Shown: positions 38,450-52,629, counted from the whole stretch's first letter. The stretch is 63,485 nucleotides of DNA, filler included, from Octopus bimaculoides (GCF_001194135.2; 9 parts of 9 records of this genome joined end to end with filler, not necessarily neighbours in it), one strand, 5' to 3'. Notes: generated by a model from the sequence alone, not told the origin. Program-made: numbers and translations.

Positions 38450-38930
38450 AGACAAGAAGGTAACCCACTCATATACCTATTTGTAAATGAGATACGTTGA
38501 AAAGATGTTTTATAATCAATCGCTACTAAATTTCTAAGCGCATTCTACACATATTATTTAAAAAAAAATTAAGTAATAAAATCACACCTAGAAGAGATAT
38601 TTGAATCTGTGTTTTATCCCATGGTAGAAAAAACCTTGACAAAATCGCAGAATTTAACAATCGATTATCGATATAAATAAGGATATTCAATTCCCTAGGA
38701 GGTTTAGCCAGGATGAACTGCCTTTTATGGATATCTTAATCACGCAAATAAATGAAAAATTAAAAAGCAATATTTGTTATAAACCCATGTATTCCAAACA
38801 GAACCTTCATTTCATATTGGGTCATTGTAAACATGCCAAAAAAGTACATTCAATTCAGCCTAGCAAAAAGAATACGTACAGTAGTATCGTATCCGACAAA
38901 AGACTTGACAAACAGAAAAATGTAGTTGTA
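38450..38930 (+). mobile_element. Penelope-like RT remnant
   Basis: KVTHSYTYL*MRYVEKMFY (resembles APTYANLxMGYxE); DILITQINEKLKSNICYKPMYSKQNLHF..H..H (resembles FLDI..TDIYYKPTDSxQYLxFxSxHP). Confidence 0.6.
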
Positions 38931-39119
38931 CAAAGAGATTTGCCTCTTAGTTAAATTACTAACGGAATCGATGTGGCAAAATTCATTAATGCTCAATATC
39001 GAAAGAGAACAACAAAAAAAAAAAAAAATTAAAGAAGAAAAGAAATTTGTTTTTTGTCTTCACATTTAACCCCAGAAATGTCAAAATATTTGAGCTTTAC
39101 AAAACCTCTTTTTTTCTAT

Positions 39120-39546
39120 ACTCTTTTACTCATTTACTTGTTTTAGTCATTTGACTGTGGCCATGCTGGAACACCGCCTTTAGTCGAGAAAATCGACCCC
39201 AGGACTTATTCTTTGTAAGCCTAGTACTTATTCTATCGGACTCTTTTGTCGAACCGCTAAGTTACGGGGACGTAAACACATTAGCATCGGTTGTCAAGCG
39301 ATGTTGGGGGGACAAACACAGACACACAAACATATACATACACATACATATATATATATATATATACACATACATATATACGACAAGCTTCATTCAGTTT
39401 CCGTCTACCAAATCCACTCACAAGGCTTTTGTCGGCCCGAGGCTATAGTAGAAGACACTTGCCCAAGGTGCCATGCAGTGGGACTGAACCCGGAACCATG
39501 CGGTTCGTAAGCAAGCTACTTACCACAAAACCACTCCTACGCCTAT
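39120..39546 (-). mobile_element. Full-length tRNA/CORE-type SINE
   Basis: Reverse complement of 37728-38142 along its whole length. Confidence 0.9.
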
Positions 39547-40129
39547 ATGAAGATAAAAAAAAAAAAAAACATTCTAGGATATCAGCAAGTCTCCAAAAGC
39601 AAAAATAGCCCAAAACATTGAAAACCATACTGACAGGAGAAATTTATATATGCAAATTTCTAGGCCCATGGTTACAAAACGCAGATGAAAAGTTGTGGCA
39701 GCTGTGTATACATAAATGCAGCATCGGAATTCTAATTGAAAATGGACAAACTTTCGAAATAGAAGAAAACTTTGCTTACAACTCTGAGAACCATCAATCT
39801 AGTATGTCGCGGATGTCTGGAAAACTATATCGGATAGACCAGAATATCATTTGGTATGAGAATGATCATACACTGCCAACAAATCGGTGATAAAAACACT
39901 AGACAACGGAATTTAAGTGGATATACAGTATGTACAGAGCTGAATCTTTCAAATTTTAAAATATTCCTTCAATTGATGCTCCGATTCAATTACGGAACAA
40001 GAAATCACCAAAGAAAATCAGGCCTAAATTTATAATTAATTCTGGTAGAAAGAAAACTTCACAGTATTCTATAACGCATGAACATCTTTGAACTCCATCG
40101 GTATTCCTTTGAATTTGACTATTTGTGGA

Positions 40130-40169
<40 letters not shown>

Positions 40170-40812
40170 GACAAATACATACACAAATTCCACAGAACGC
40201 GCATTATTATAAAAACTTGAGAGAAACAAGTTTAAAAACCTTTTTTGAACACTTCTCCCTCTTCTCATATCCCTTTTATCCATATTCGAACTTCGCTCGA
40301 CATTGTATCCATTTACAGATAACCCTTTCCATTTATTCCCACACCCACTACCTGTTTACAAATACAACACACACACACACAAACACATACACACAAACAC
40401 TCACACACACATACTCACACACACCTTGTGCCTATTTGAATCTAAATGTTACACTTTATCAAGGGAATTCTAAAAATACAATATGGGTATAAAAGAATGG
40501 GAAACTGCTCTCAAAGCCACTCACTTGATAACGTGTGAGTACTCAGCCCGAAGCCAGTCAAGTGAAATGCGACGAATTGAATTAGATAAGATCAGAATAA
40601 AATCAGAATTTTAAGATTGAAAACGACAGCAGAAATCAGTGAAAATATACTTTCTATAGAGAAGGATTCATTTTAATACATCTCCGTGCATTGAGATCTG
40701 TATACTTTATATTGATTTTTTTCTCAATAACTTTTGATTTGTGTGAAACTTTACCCTTGCATTTATCAATACATATACATAACATACACATACACACATA
40801 CGAACACACACA

Positions 40813-40912
<100 letters not shown>

Positions 40913-40974
40913 CGTATATGTATGTATGTAAGTATATGCTTGTCTGTCAGTCTCTCTCTCTCTCTCTCTTTCTC

Positions 40975-41037
<63 letters not shown>

Positions 41038-41094
41038 CTAGGCACGGGAATGGCTGTGTGGTTAAGAAACTCACGTAAGGATTCTAGTGGTAAA

Positions 41095-41515
41095 ATGACG
41101 GTGAGCTCGGTGTATAATTGTGTGTCAGAATAAAGAATACTTTGCGATATTTCTCCTGATTCTTTACTTTCTCAGTTCAAATCCCACCGAGGCCAACTTT
41201 GCCTTTTATTCTTTCGGGGCCGATAGAATAAAGTACCAATCAAGTACTGGGATCGATAATCAACTAACGCTTCTCGCAAATTTCAGGCCTTGTGCATTTA
41301 CTAAAATAAATAAATAATAAAGGCATCGAGCTGTTAGAATCGTTACCACTCCGGACAAATGTTTAGTGCCATTTCTTTCGGCTTTTAAATATGTGAGTTC
41401 AAACTACGCTGAAGTCGACTTGGCCTCGCAGTCTTTCGTGGTCGATATAAGAAGCACCAACTGAGCACTGGGATCGATGCAATCTATTAACTATCTCACT
41501 GAAAACCTCAGGCCC
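41095..41515 (+). mobile_element. Two tandem Deu/Nin-type SINE copies
   Basis: GTTCAAATCCCACCGAGGCCAACTTTGCCTTTTATTCTTTCGGGGCCGATAG; second copy GTTCAAACTACGCTGAAGTCGACTTGGCC. Confidence 0.7.
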
Positions 41516-42195
41516 AGGACCTGCAATAGAATGAAAAATAAATGGGACGATTATAATTACGTACAATTCCCTTAATTAATTTGCCTAATCTTATTAGTTT
41601 CGTATATATGTGTGTGTATGTGTGTGTATGTGTGTGGTGTGTGTGTTTGTGTATGATATGTACGCTCCAGATTGTATGCATTGGATCGTGTTTACGAATC
41701 ATTGTGTGTATGTATGTATGCATGCATGTATGTATGTATATATGTATGTATGTATGTGTATGCATGCATGCATAGATGCATGTTTGTAGTTATGTATGCA
41801 TGCATGCATGCATGTATGTTGTATGCATGTATGTATGCATGCGTATATGTATATATGTATGTGTGCATGTCATTTGTGTCTATGTTTCGTATTAAAAAAA
41901 CAAAGCTAAGAAACAGGCAATAAAAAAATGAAAGCTCGGTCTCTCTAATGGAGGACTTTCACTCAATTGAAACCATTTATAAAATTATCACAACATAACG
42001 TTGGTGGTTTCAGAAAATTTAGTTTTTTATGCTACATTGAATATGTAAATGTAATGAAAGTGCCAATTCAAATTGTTGTCTTGCTACCTGAACTGGTAAA
42101 TTCGTTATGGTGTCGTATTGAAGTTTGCACGGCACTACTTCAGCCGATATCTCTGCCTGTCTTTCTGTCTGTCTGTCTGTCTGTTTGTCTGCCTG

Positions 42196-42259
<64 letters not shown>

Positions 42260-42541
42260 AGTTTCAAAGATTAAATGGATGCACGACAAAGGAACCAACG
42301 GAAAATTCACACACAAGACATGAACATGATCATGCCCAATCAGTTATCGTCCTAAAAGATCATTGCAATTTCATGTCTTCAGCAATAAACGTTGTCCACT
42401 TTTGGTGACGTCAACAGCGAAAAGGTGCCGGGAATAGTGGACGAACGTTGAGGAGAGGGACGAAAACAAACGTCACACGTAGTGGATACGAATATAAATA
42501 TACAGACAAAATAAAGGCCGTACGACTCTGATACAAGGACA

Positions 42542-42593
<52 letters not shown>

Positions 42594-43731
42594 TATTCCT
42601 AACATGAATATTATTAACATTGACTGAAGCTTAGACCAGTTAAGCCATCGTCGGTCTACCGAAACTTCGAAGTCATTGTCAATAATGTTGTTGAAGAATA
42701 ATATATTTGTACTCTACAAAAGTATGGAGTAATCTCTCAGATTAATGTAAGATTGTTTTTAATATAACTGAACATAAAAATTAACACGCCCCCCCCTCCC
42801 CAACACACAAATACTCGCACACGCATATATACATACATACATATGTACGTACGTACATACATACAAGAAAGTGATATTTCGAACGCATTATTGCCGTAAA
42901 ATCAGCAGAAAAATTAGGTATTATTACCCTTACAAGGCGGAAAAAGCCGTTAGGCTTTCTGTTGACAACTTTTTCCGTCTTGCAAGTTTAATAATACCCA
43001 ATTTTTCTGCTGTTTTCACGGCGATACTGCGTTGGAAATATCACTTCCTTGTCTGTATCGTATGATACACATTCGACGCTTCTAAAAAACAAATGTAAGT
43101 TTGTTTATGTACACACGTGGGTGCTAAGCACACACACACAGACATATAAATATAGAAATGTTTTCTGGAAACGGATGTCGATAACAGTACGACACTATGT
43201 AAAGTTTCACTGAAAATAAACTTGCAAAGGTATGTGCGGGCAACGAATATAAAATCTTTTCGTCTCCCCTCTAATAAGAACACCGGATAAATGAACAACC
43301 TAGAGTGGATAATCTAGTTTTCATGTTACCTACTACGCCTGTTGGATAATCTAGTTCTGATGATAATCTAGTACACCTGTTTCCTAATATGCCTGTTGTA
43401 AATTCGGTTAGTTATCATCAGCTAGATTCCCCGAACACGAAATTTTAAAATATTCGTTACATCAATGCCAGTATATTCGGTTGAACGCCTAGCCGTAAAA
43501 TAGAACCGAAATCTGAATATATTTGTAATATATCGTAACATGTTTTCGCCCCGGTAAGGAGCGAAGACATGTTATGATACAGGTAGAGAAATTTGAAAGG
43601 AAAATACGAAACCAGTTATTTCTCCAAATACAATTTTTCTATACTCAAAGTTTTATAACATTTTTCTAACATAACGATTCAAATATATACTTTAACCATA
43701 TAACACAAGCTTTCTGTTGTTTTTTCACTCA

Positions 43732-43770
<39 letters not shown>

Positions 43771-44232
43771 GTACACGTCAATACATAAAAATATTTCAGT
43801 TATGGCAGACAATAGTATTAACTGAAAAGGAGTCTCTAAGGTAGTCTAGTAGAACAAGATATTAATTTTCTCAGAAACACAATGGTTACAGCTATGGTGG
43901 TCCTATTTATAACATGAAGGATATTCTAGCATTTCCCAAATAACCTCATAGTGTTGGATATAATTTCTTAAAATGCACTTGAGTACAAGGATCTTTGAAG
44001 GCTTATGAAAGTGTTTTGCTGCCGAGTGAATCTTAACTTAAAATAACAGAGTGTCAACCTGACAGAATCATTTCAAACTGAATTATTAGCAGTAAATCGT
44101 TTGACACAATAAAATAAAGGTTTTGAAAGACTTAAATTATATATATTCAATGAAAATTTTTAGGGTTAAAACAATAGCTTGTGTTATATTGTTCTTTTCT
44201 CTCAGGATGTGTTTTTACACGTTGTCTATCTG

Positions 44233-44291
<59 letters not shown>

Positions 44292-44447
44292 GTCTGTCTG
44301 TCTGTCTGTCTGTCTGTGTATTGTCGCTACCTATCTCATATATATANNNNNNNNNNNNNNNNNNNNNNNNNNNNNNNNNNNNNNNNNNNNTTAATTAATT
44401 AANNNNNNNNNNNNNNNNNNNNNNNNNNNNNNNNNNNNNNNNNNNNT

Positions 44448-45497
44448 GAAATATTTTTTGTTCTTTTCTAGTTAATTTTAGCTAATTTTTTGTTTATTCT
44501 CAGATCATTAAAATGGAATGTCAATTTAAGAAAAGCGAGCATTTTTAACACCTTCTTTTTACTTTTAATCAAGGTTCTAAGGCCGCAAAGCTGCTCACGA
44601 TATTTGTGCTGTGTATGGAGAGGGTGCCATAGCTGAAAGAACTGCTTGTGATTGGTATGCCAAGTTCAAAAAAAGAAATTTTGATCTCAAAGACGCACCT
44701 TGTTCTGGTTGTCCGAGTTCGATGAAAAGTTATTAAACCAACTTTTGCACGAAAATTCTCATCAAAGGATAAGGGAATTAGGAGAGAAAATAGAATGCTC
44801 CCGCACTGCTATAGAGAAGCATCTTCACTCGATGGGAAAGGTTCAGAAGTATGGAGCATAGGTTCTGTATGCTTCAAGTGACAACAACAAAAATCAACGA
44901 GCTACAATCTTCGCTGGTTTACTTGCGCGTCACCGCTCAACTCATGGACATAAGCAACGATTTCTTTACTGAATCGTTACTGGCGACGAAATATGGTGCC
45001 TATACATAAATATGAAGCAGCGTAAGGAATGGCTTAGCCCCGGTAAACAAGGGATACCGCGCGTGAAACAAGATCTTCATCCGCGTTAAAAGATGTTATG
45101 CGTATGGTGGGACTGGGAAGGGATTATCCATTACGAATAGCTTGAACGGAACCAAACGGTCAACGCAGAACTCTATGTTCAATAGATGGAACGACTCAAC
45201 ACGGCTATTCAAGAGAAATGACCTAATCGTCAGCATGAAGTGCGTCTGCTGAACGACAACACCCGCCCTCATATCGCCAAAATGACCAAGGAAGCCATTC
45301 AAACGCATGACTGGGAAGAGATGCCACACTCGCCGTACTCTCCTGATTTGGCACCAACGGATTTTCACCTCTTTCGATCTCTTTCAAAAGCTATACGTGG
45401 AGTTTCGTTCAATACTGATGCAGAATTGAGAGCTTGGTTGGATCAAGTTTTCGAGGCGAAATCGGGTGATCTCTGCCAACGAGGTATTGAAAATCGT
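44448..45497 (+). mobile_element. Mariner transposase pseudogene (Mos1/SETMAR-like), 3'-truncated
   Basis: MECQFKK..GSKAAKAAHDICAVYGEGAI..WYAKFK; IVTGDEIW; CVWWDWEG; NDNTRPHIA; HSPYSPDLAPTDFHLFRSL. Multiple stops. Confidence 0.92.
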
Positions 45498-45499
45498 TC

Positions 45500-45680
45500 A
45501 GTTATATATTTAAGAGATGAGGCGTTATGTACATTATTTACATTATTTACAATTGACAGATATTTGTTCTTATCTTGTTCGTTGTTAACACAACGTTTCG
45601 GCTGATACACACTCTAGCCTTCATCAGGTGTCTTGGGGGAAATTTCGAACCTAGGTTCTCATTCCTAAGGTATTTTTTGA

Positions 45681-45682
<2 letters not shown>
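45500..45682 (-). mobile_element. Short hammerhead-bearing cassette (PLE pseudo-LTR or retrozyme-like)
   Basis: About 180 bp of non-coding sequence between the mariner truncation point and a (TTA)n tract, containing the hammerhead motif. Confidence 0.55.
45587..45632 (-). ncRNA. Minimal type I hammerhead ribozyme, core intact
   Basis: GACAC-CUGAUGA-A-GGCU(12 nt)AGCC-GAAAC-GUU-GUGUU. Helix I GACAC/GUGUU, helix II GGCU/AGCC, palindromic loopless helix III (AACGUU). Confidence 0.7.
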
Positions 45683-45749
<67 letters not shown>

Positions 45750-45799
45750 CATCATTATTATTATTGTTGTTGTTGCTGTTGTTGTTGTTGTTGTTGTTG

Positions 45800-47490
45800 T
45801 TTTATTCTTTCTTCATATATTCGTCCATTTCTCGAGGAGTTTTCCGTACACCTAGAGCAGAGAAGCTCATTGTATGAATTCCCAATTTACACACGCAAAT
45901 TCACAGGTAAAATATGTATTTAAAAAAAATTAATAAATAAATAAATTTATGAATGAATTTTCACAGCGAAAATGCTCTTCTCAGTACATGAGTCGTTCCA
46001 GTTAACACGAATTTTGCACTTCCTGTATGGATGGTTAGCATGGTATCATTTTCAAATAGGTTTCAGTACCTTTTTTTTATCACTCCTAGAGAGCCTACAA
46101 TCACTGATACGGTAGTCGCCTTGAGATGTCACCTTTTCTTCAATTTCTATTAGCAAGTCTTTATATTTACTGATCTTGTGAAGTTCTTTCGCCGCTATAT
46201 TGTGATCGCAAGGAATACTCATGTCAATTAATAAACACATTCTTTTGTCTGATCTTTTATAATAATATCCGGTTTATTAGCCTTTATAGTTTTGTCGGTA
46301 TGTAAGGGGAAGTCCCAGAGAATCGACACATTTTCTCCCTCAGTCACAGCTTCAGGATGGTGTTTATACCATTTGTCAGCGGTCTTGATTTTATAATGCC
46401 GACATATTTCCCAGTGTAAATACTGGCCAACTCTGTCATGTTTTGCTTTATATTCTACAGGTCCTAAGACTCTACAACCTGAGATTAGGTGGTCTGTAGT
46501 TTCAATCTCATCTTTACAGAATCGGCATTTTGGGTCAGCTCCATTTTTTATCACATTGGTTTGGCAGTTCCGGGTTAATAAGCTTTGATTTTGAGCAGCT
46601 AATATGAGACCTTCACACTCTGCTTTTAGTCCTGAGCTTCGTAACCATTCATGTGTGTGTTTCTGGTCGACATCAGCTAGTTTGCTACGGGTCACATACT
46701 TGCCATGCAGAGGTTTCTGTTCCCATCTGCTAGCTAATTTGTCATGTGCTTTTGTCTTTGCAATTAATTTTATTTTCTTTGCAGCAGCAGTTGGCGCATT
46801 TCCTTCAACCTGTTCAATCTGGTAGGTACCTAAGAGATCAGTAGCGAATGTTTTTCCTCTCTTTCAGAATAGTATGATGTTTTTTCGGTCTTTCATGTTT
46901 TTCAACAAGTTTCAGCATCCAATCGTTTGTTGTTTCAAGGTATTTGGCCAGTCCGTTTGTGGTGGTTTTTGTACGTAAGTTCAAGCTGGATCAAGCCTCG
47001 ACCTCCCTGAGCTCTGGGAAGGTAAAGACGATTCACGTCTGCCTTTGGATGGTGCATTACAAGTCAGTAGCTTGCGGATTTTTCTATCAATTTTCATTAT
47101 TTCACTGGTATTCCAGTTAAGCACATTGAAGCTATAAAGAACAGCTGGGACTGCTAAGGAATTTATGGCTAACACCTTATTATATGCATTCAGCTCAGAC
47201 TTCAGAACTGCTCGAACTCTTCTATAACATTCCTTCCTAACCTTCTCTTTCATGCTTGCATGCTGAATACCAGAGCGTTCATTTGTTCCTAGGTATGTAT
47301 AGGTTTGTACCTGCTCAAGTTCCTTTATTACTGTTTCGACATCTAATTCTATTGAACTTAACTTTACCAGTTTCCCTTTCTTTAAAGTGAATTTGGCACA
47401 CTTTTGAAGGCCAAACTCCATCCCGATATCATCACTGAATCCTTTCACAGTATGTAGTCGTCCTTCAAGCTCTTCATCATCTTTGCCATA
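45800..47490 (-). mobile_element. Dong/R4-like RLE LINE, 5'-truncated, decayed
   Basis: MDDLKLY..FGLQKCAK; CRFCKDEIETTDHLISGC..HDRV..HW; KPDIII; C-terminus FVLTGTTHVLRRAFSL*; (AAT/AAC)n tail at 45683-45800. Confidence 0.92.
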
Positions 47491-47511
47491 TAGCTTTAAA
47501 TCGTCCATATG

Positions 47512-47690
47512 TGGGATGAAGTTAAAATAATAGACAGAGAACTCCCGCCCCCCTGGAAAATACGAAAATTAAAAGAAGCAGCAGATATGCTAAGACACAA
47601 CAACCTCCTAAGAACAGCGAGTGCAGGTATGAATAGCATATGGGAACCAGTATTAAGGAAGGACAAGAGAATATTAAATTTATAGGCCCT
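47512..47690 (+). mobile_element. Penelope-like GIY-YIG C-terminal fragment
   Basis: WDEVKIIDRE..LKEAADMLRHNNLLRTASAGMNSIWEPVLR, with a frameshift. Confidence 0.6.
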
Positions 47691-47989
47691 TAAATTCACT
47701 CCATAATTGCCCACGGGCATATGGCGTAGTGGTTAAAAGCGCGGGTTATTTTGGTTGACAAAACCGAGATGTGAAAAACAGCCGCTTCGATTGGACGTTT
47801 CGAATTCTGCTCGAGACTGACACACTTCAATAACCACTATATAATGACACATAATTTTTCCATTTTATTTTCGCTATTAACCGTCCTCACGACCCTCTCG
47901 GTATCTTCGATGGGGCCACGAACTATACGATAAAAATCCAGAATTACACGTGGTCGGTGAATTTTTGATAAAAATGCGAAGGTGGTTTA

Positions 47990-48520
47990 TCAATTAAAAA
48001 TCGTTATCTACGAAATAATCATACTTTCTGATATTTTAATACTAAAAACATTCCTGACGACCGTCTTTGTAATCGCGAAAAAATATCGTAACCAATGGTC
48101 TAGCCGTCCGGCCGTGAAGAGGAAAGAGACAATGACACGGACAGATGGACAGAAAGACGGGCATAACCCCCATTGCAATACGATAGCAAATTTGCTCATG
48201 TACGATGGGAAATAAAGGGATAGTACCGCAAATCTAAACCCTCTAAATTCACGAACTATACGGTGGGGAAATCCCGAGTTATTCCTTGTCGCTGGAATTT
48301 TAACAAAAATAAAAACAAAAAAAAAATCAAAGGTAATTCCTTAATACAAAACTCAATATCCACTAAATAATCAAACTTCTTCACATTGCTATAAAACTTC
48401 CTGACTACCTCCTTCGTAATCCCGAAAACATCGTGACCATTGGTCCAGCCGTTTGGCCGTGAAGAGGGAACAGACAGAAAACCAGATAGACGGACAGACA
48501 GACATAACGACCATTGTAGT
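47990..48520 (+). mobile_element. Two fragments of a non-autonomous Helitron-like repeat
   Basis: Duplicated motif GGTC(T/C)AGCCGT..GGCCGTGAAGAGG..ACAGA at ~48095 and ~48440. Family assignment is from recollection. Confidence 0.45.
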
Positions 48521-48719
48521 AAGATATATAGCTGAAACCATACTCACATTTACACAGATATTTGCACATTTACACATATGCACACACAAATACATGCATA
48601 CATTATATATAAACCTAATAAACTACCATTGTATCTTACATAATGCACCTTTTAACATAATTTCCGTTATTAATTCAAATGTTATAATCATATTCATGGA
48701 TATGCATTTTGAGTACTCA

Positions 48720-48756
<37 letters not shown>

Positions 48757-50578
48757 NNNNNNNNNNNNNNNNNNNNNNNNNNNNNNNNNNNNNNNNNNNN
48801 NNNNNNNNNNNNNNNNNNNNNNNNNNNNNNNNNNNNNNNNNNNNNNNNNNNNNNNNNNNNNNNNNNNNNNNNNNNNNNNNNNNNNNNNNNNNNNNNNNNN
48901 NNNNNNNNNNNNNNNNNNNNNNNNNNNNNNNNNNNNNNNNNNNNNNNNNNNNNNNNNNNNNNNNNNNNNNNNNNNNNNNNNNNNNNNNNNNNNNNNNNNN
49001 NNNNNNNNNNNNNNNNNNNNNNNNNNNNNNNNNNNNNNNNNNNNNNNNNNNNNNNNNNNNNNNNNNNNNNNNNNNNNNNNNNNNNNNNNNNNNNNNNNNN
49101 NNNNNNNNNNNNNNNNNNNNNNNNNNNNNNNNNNNNNNNNNNNNNNNNNNNNNNNNNNNNNNNNNNNNNNNNNNNNATATATATACATACATACACATAT
49201 ATATACATATATACATACATATATATATACATATATACATACATATATATGTATACATGTGTGTGTGTCTTTGAGAATGTGCGTATGTTGCTGGTTATGT
49301 GCATTAGAAAGTGTGTGTATGTCTCTATGTATATGAATTTCTGACGCATAAATTGCTTTGTTTGCTTTTTGCATAAACTGTGTGAGAGAATAAATCAATT
49401 TTTGAAAGAGTTTCTAATAGTATTCATATTTTAAATCCGAAATTATGTTTTTCCCCAGCAAAAATTGTTTTAATTATTTTGTTTATAGGCACACGTGTGC
49501 TTTTCGTCTTAATATATGTACATACGTAAGTTAAGTTTTGTGTCTGTTTAAGTAAATGATGTGTGTATGTAAATGTGCTGGTGTGTATCTTTCTATGTGT
49601 ATCTGTATATGCATGAGTATATGTATGTACGTATATACATTCATAAATCAGTTTATGTCCATTTGAATTTAACTATGCGTGTGATTTCCTTAACATGCTA
49701 ATTGTATGTATATACGTGCCTAGGTAAGTTTTCTCATATATTAAGTGTGCCTGTGTCTTTGTGTGTAAATGCTTATGTTAGTACATGTATATGTAAGTCC
49801 ATATATATACATGTATATCTATATGTATATATATTTGTGTGTATATATGTATATATATGTATATCTGCATATATANNNNNNNNNNTATATACACACATAT
49901 ATATATATACATGTGTGTAGGCGTTTCTGGATTTGTGTATATGTGTCAATGTGTGCGTGTGCGTGCATGTATGTGGAGGTGTATCTTTGTGCATCGATGT
50001 ATGTGCATGCATACACTTCGAACTCTTTTCCTTCTCTATGGATAAATTTACTAATGAAACATAAACGCCTCATGCAAAAGTAAATTTTTGTATTATGAGA
50101 TTCTCTGTCAGAAGACATTCTAATAGGAGATATCTTACATGTTTATCCTACATGTATAATTCTCTAACTCCTATTAGCACGTGAAACATGTGTAATTGTC
50201 AATAAATTGTACCAACAAATTTTCAAATCTCTTGTTTTGAAATATATTAACTCTGCGAATAATATTTCAGAATTTTCAGCTCCTATACATACCTCGCACA
50301 AATATGACATCTACAAACGGAATGGGAATACTGGAATAAACAGATGAGCTTCGAGAGGATACGGCTTGGATTTTAATACTACTTCCATAAAATAATATAA
50401 ATATATACGTAATTACATATATATATATACACATATATATATATATACATACACATAAATGTATATATACAGGAACTTGCAGAAAAATGGAGACCAATTT
50501 TAAGCACCTACAACTCCACCACCACTGCCACGATAACTGCTACTACTGCAAACAACGGTCTCTGCTACAACAACAACA

Positions 50579-50640
<62 letters not shown>

Positions 50641-50723
50641 GACAAACAGTCTCTGCTACTGCTACTATTACAGTCACTACTACTACTACGACCAACAGTC
50701 GCTGCTACTACTGCTATTACGGT

Positions 50724-50771
<48 letters not shown>

Positions 50772-51103
50772 GACGACGACGACGACNNNNNNNNNNNNNN
50801 NNNNNNNNNNNNNNNNNNNNNNNNNNNNNNTTAATTAATTAANNNNNNNNNNNNNNNNNNNNNNNNNNNNNNNNNNNNNNNNNNNNTATATAAATATATT
50901 TATCAATATTTAAAAATATACATATATATATGTAAATAAATATATATATGTATATGTATATATGTATGTATATACATATACATACACACATACATACATA
51001 GACAGAATATATATATATATATAGGTGTGTATGTGTATATGTGCATACAATATATATGTGTATGTGCGTGCGCGTATTTGCTTGTATTTGTTTGAATGCG
51101 CTC

Positions 51104-51144
<41 letters not shown>

Positions 51145-51344
51145 GCAGGCAGCTGATTGAAAAACCGTCTCTAAAACAGCGACAGACTCTCTTCTCTCCG
51201 TCTCTTCTACGTGAATAGCTTCTGTTTCACTGAATTAAGAAGTAGTAAAACATCTTTGCACCTGTTTTTCTTCCCGTCATCCTTGCTTCATCTCCGTGCT
51301 TAACACTTCGCTTCATTCAACCCTTCTACTCTTTTATTCTGTTA

Positions 51345-51900
51345 TTCTATTATTCTTTTATTCATTTACTTGTTTCAGACATTTGGCTACGGCCATGCTG
51401 GAGCACCGTCTTGAAAAGTTTCTAGCCGAACAAATCGATCCCAGGTCTTATTATTTTTTTTAAAGCATAGTAATATATTCTATCGGTCTCTTTTTGCTGA
51501 ACCACTAAGTTACGCTTATAATAAGTACCATACTAAACAGGACCATTGGTCCGATTTGTTCGATTAAACACTTCAAGGAGGTGCTCCAGCATAGGAACAG
51601 TCTAATGACTGACACAAGTAAAAGATAACAGATGAAAGATAGCAAACGTCAGTCGAATTTCTATTGGTTGCACCATTGTATTGTAATACTGAAGCTCCAG
51701 ATCTGGATTGCAAAAAGAAAAAAAAAAATTACTTTCCAGGTCGGATCTCCAGCATGGCCACAGTCCAATGACTCAAACTATTGGAAGGGAAACGGGGTAA
51801 GTTTGAATACATCGATCCCAGTGCGTAACTGGTACTTATTTAATCGACCCTGAAAGGATGAAAGGCAAAGTCGACCTAAGCATTTCGCCCGGTGTGCAAA
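51345..51900. mobile_element. Cluster of SINE fragments (CORE-type tails in both orientations; Nin-type on minus)
   Basis: GGCCATGCTGGAGCACCG (minus tail); GGTGCTCCAGCAT (plus tail); CTGGTACTTATTTAATCGACCCTGAAAGGATGAAAGGCAAAGTCGAC (Nin-type, minus). Confidence 0.75.
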
Positions 51901-52024
51901 CGTTTCATACACGCATACATACACACACATACATAAATGCATACATACACACACACACATGCATACATACACACATACATACATGCATACATGCACACAC
52001 ATGCATATATACATACATACATAC

Positions 52025-52055
<31 letters not shown>

Positions 52056-52595
52056 CACATACATAACACTAGAATCTCACATAGCCAATATAATGAGCTG
52101 AAAAACTTCCAGTTTGTGATACTATCCTTGCAGTTAGAAACTAAAAAGAAGTCGTCTTTAAAAACATCATCCACTCCTTACATTTGAGAAATGGAAACAT
52201 TGCTATTATTTCCTCTAAATTAGGATTAGCTGATATTGTTGAAGCTGTGTCTCTTGCTGGTTTTAGATTTTAAACACTCCTACAGGGAATTTCTGTCGCC
52301 TAATTTCAAGAATTTCAACGCTAATCTCAGTTAATTGAATACTAGAATACCCAATGTATTACATGCATAGGTTTCAAGTATTTTATTCACACACACACAG
52401 ACATACACACATACATACATACATACATACATACACGCACACACACACACACACACATATATATATGTATATATATATATATATATGTATGTATATATAT
52501 ATATATATATATACATATATATATGTATATTTATATATATATGTATATATATGTATGTATATATATGTATATATATATTTATATATATATATATT

Positions 52596-52629
<34 letters not shown>

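Noticed and set aside
40485-40545. TATAAAAG followed by GTGAGT (promoter plus first exon?)
   Set aside because: Such short motifs are expected by chance in AT-rich DNA, and there is no supporting gene.
42406-42413. Second TGACGTCA site
   Set aside because: About one 8-mer hit is expected by chance in this length.
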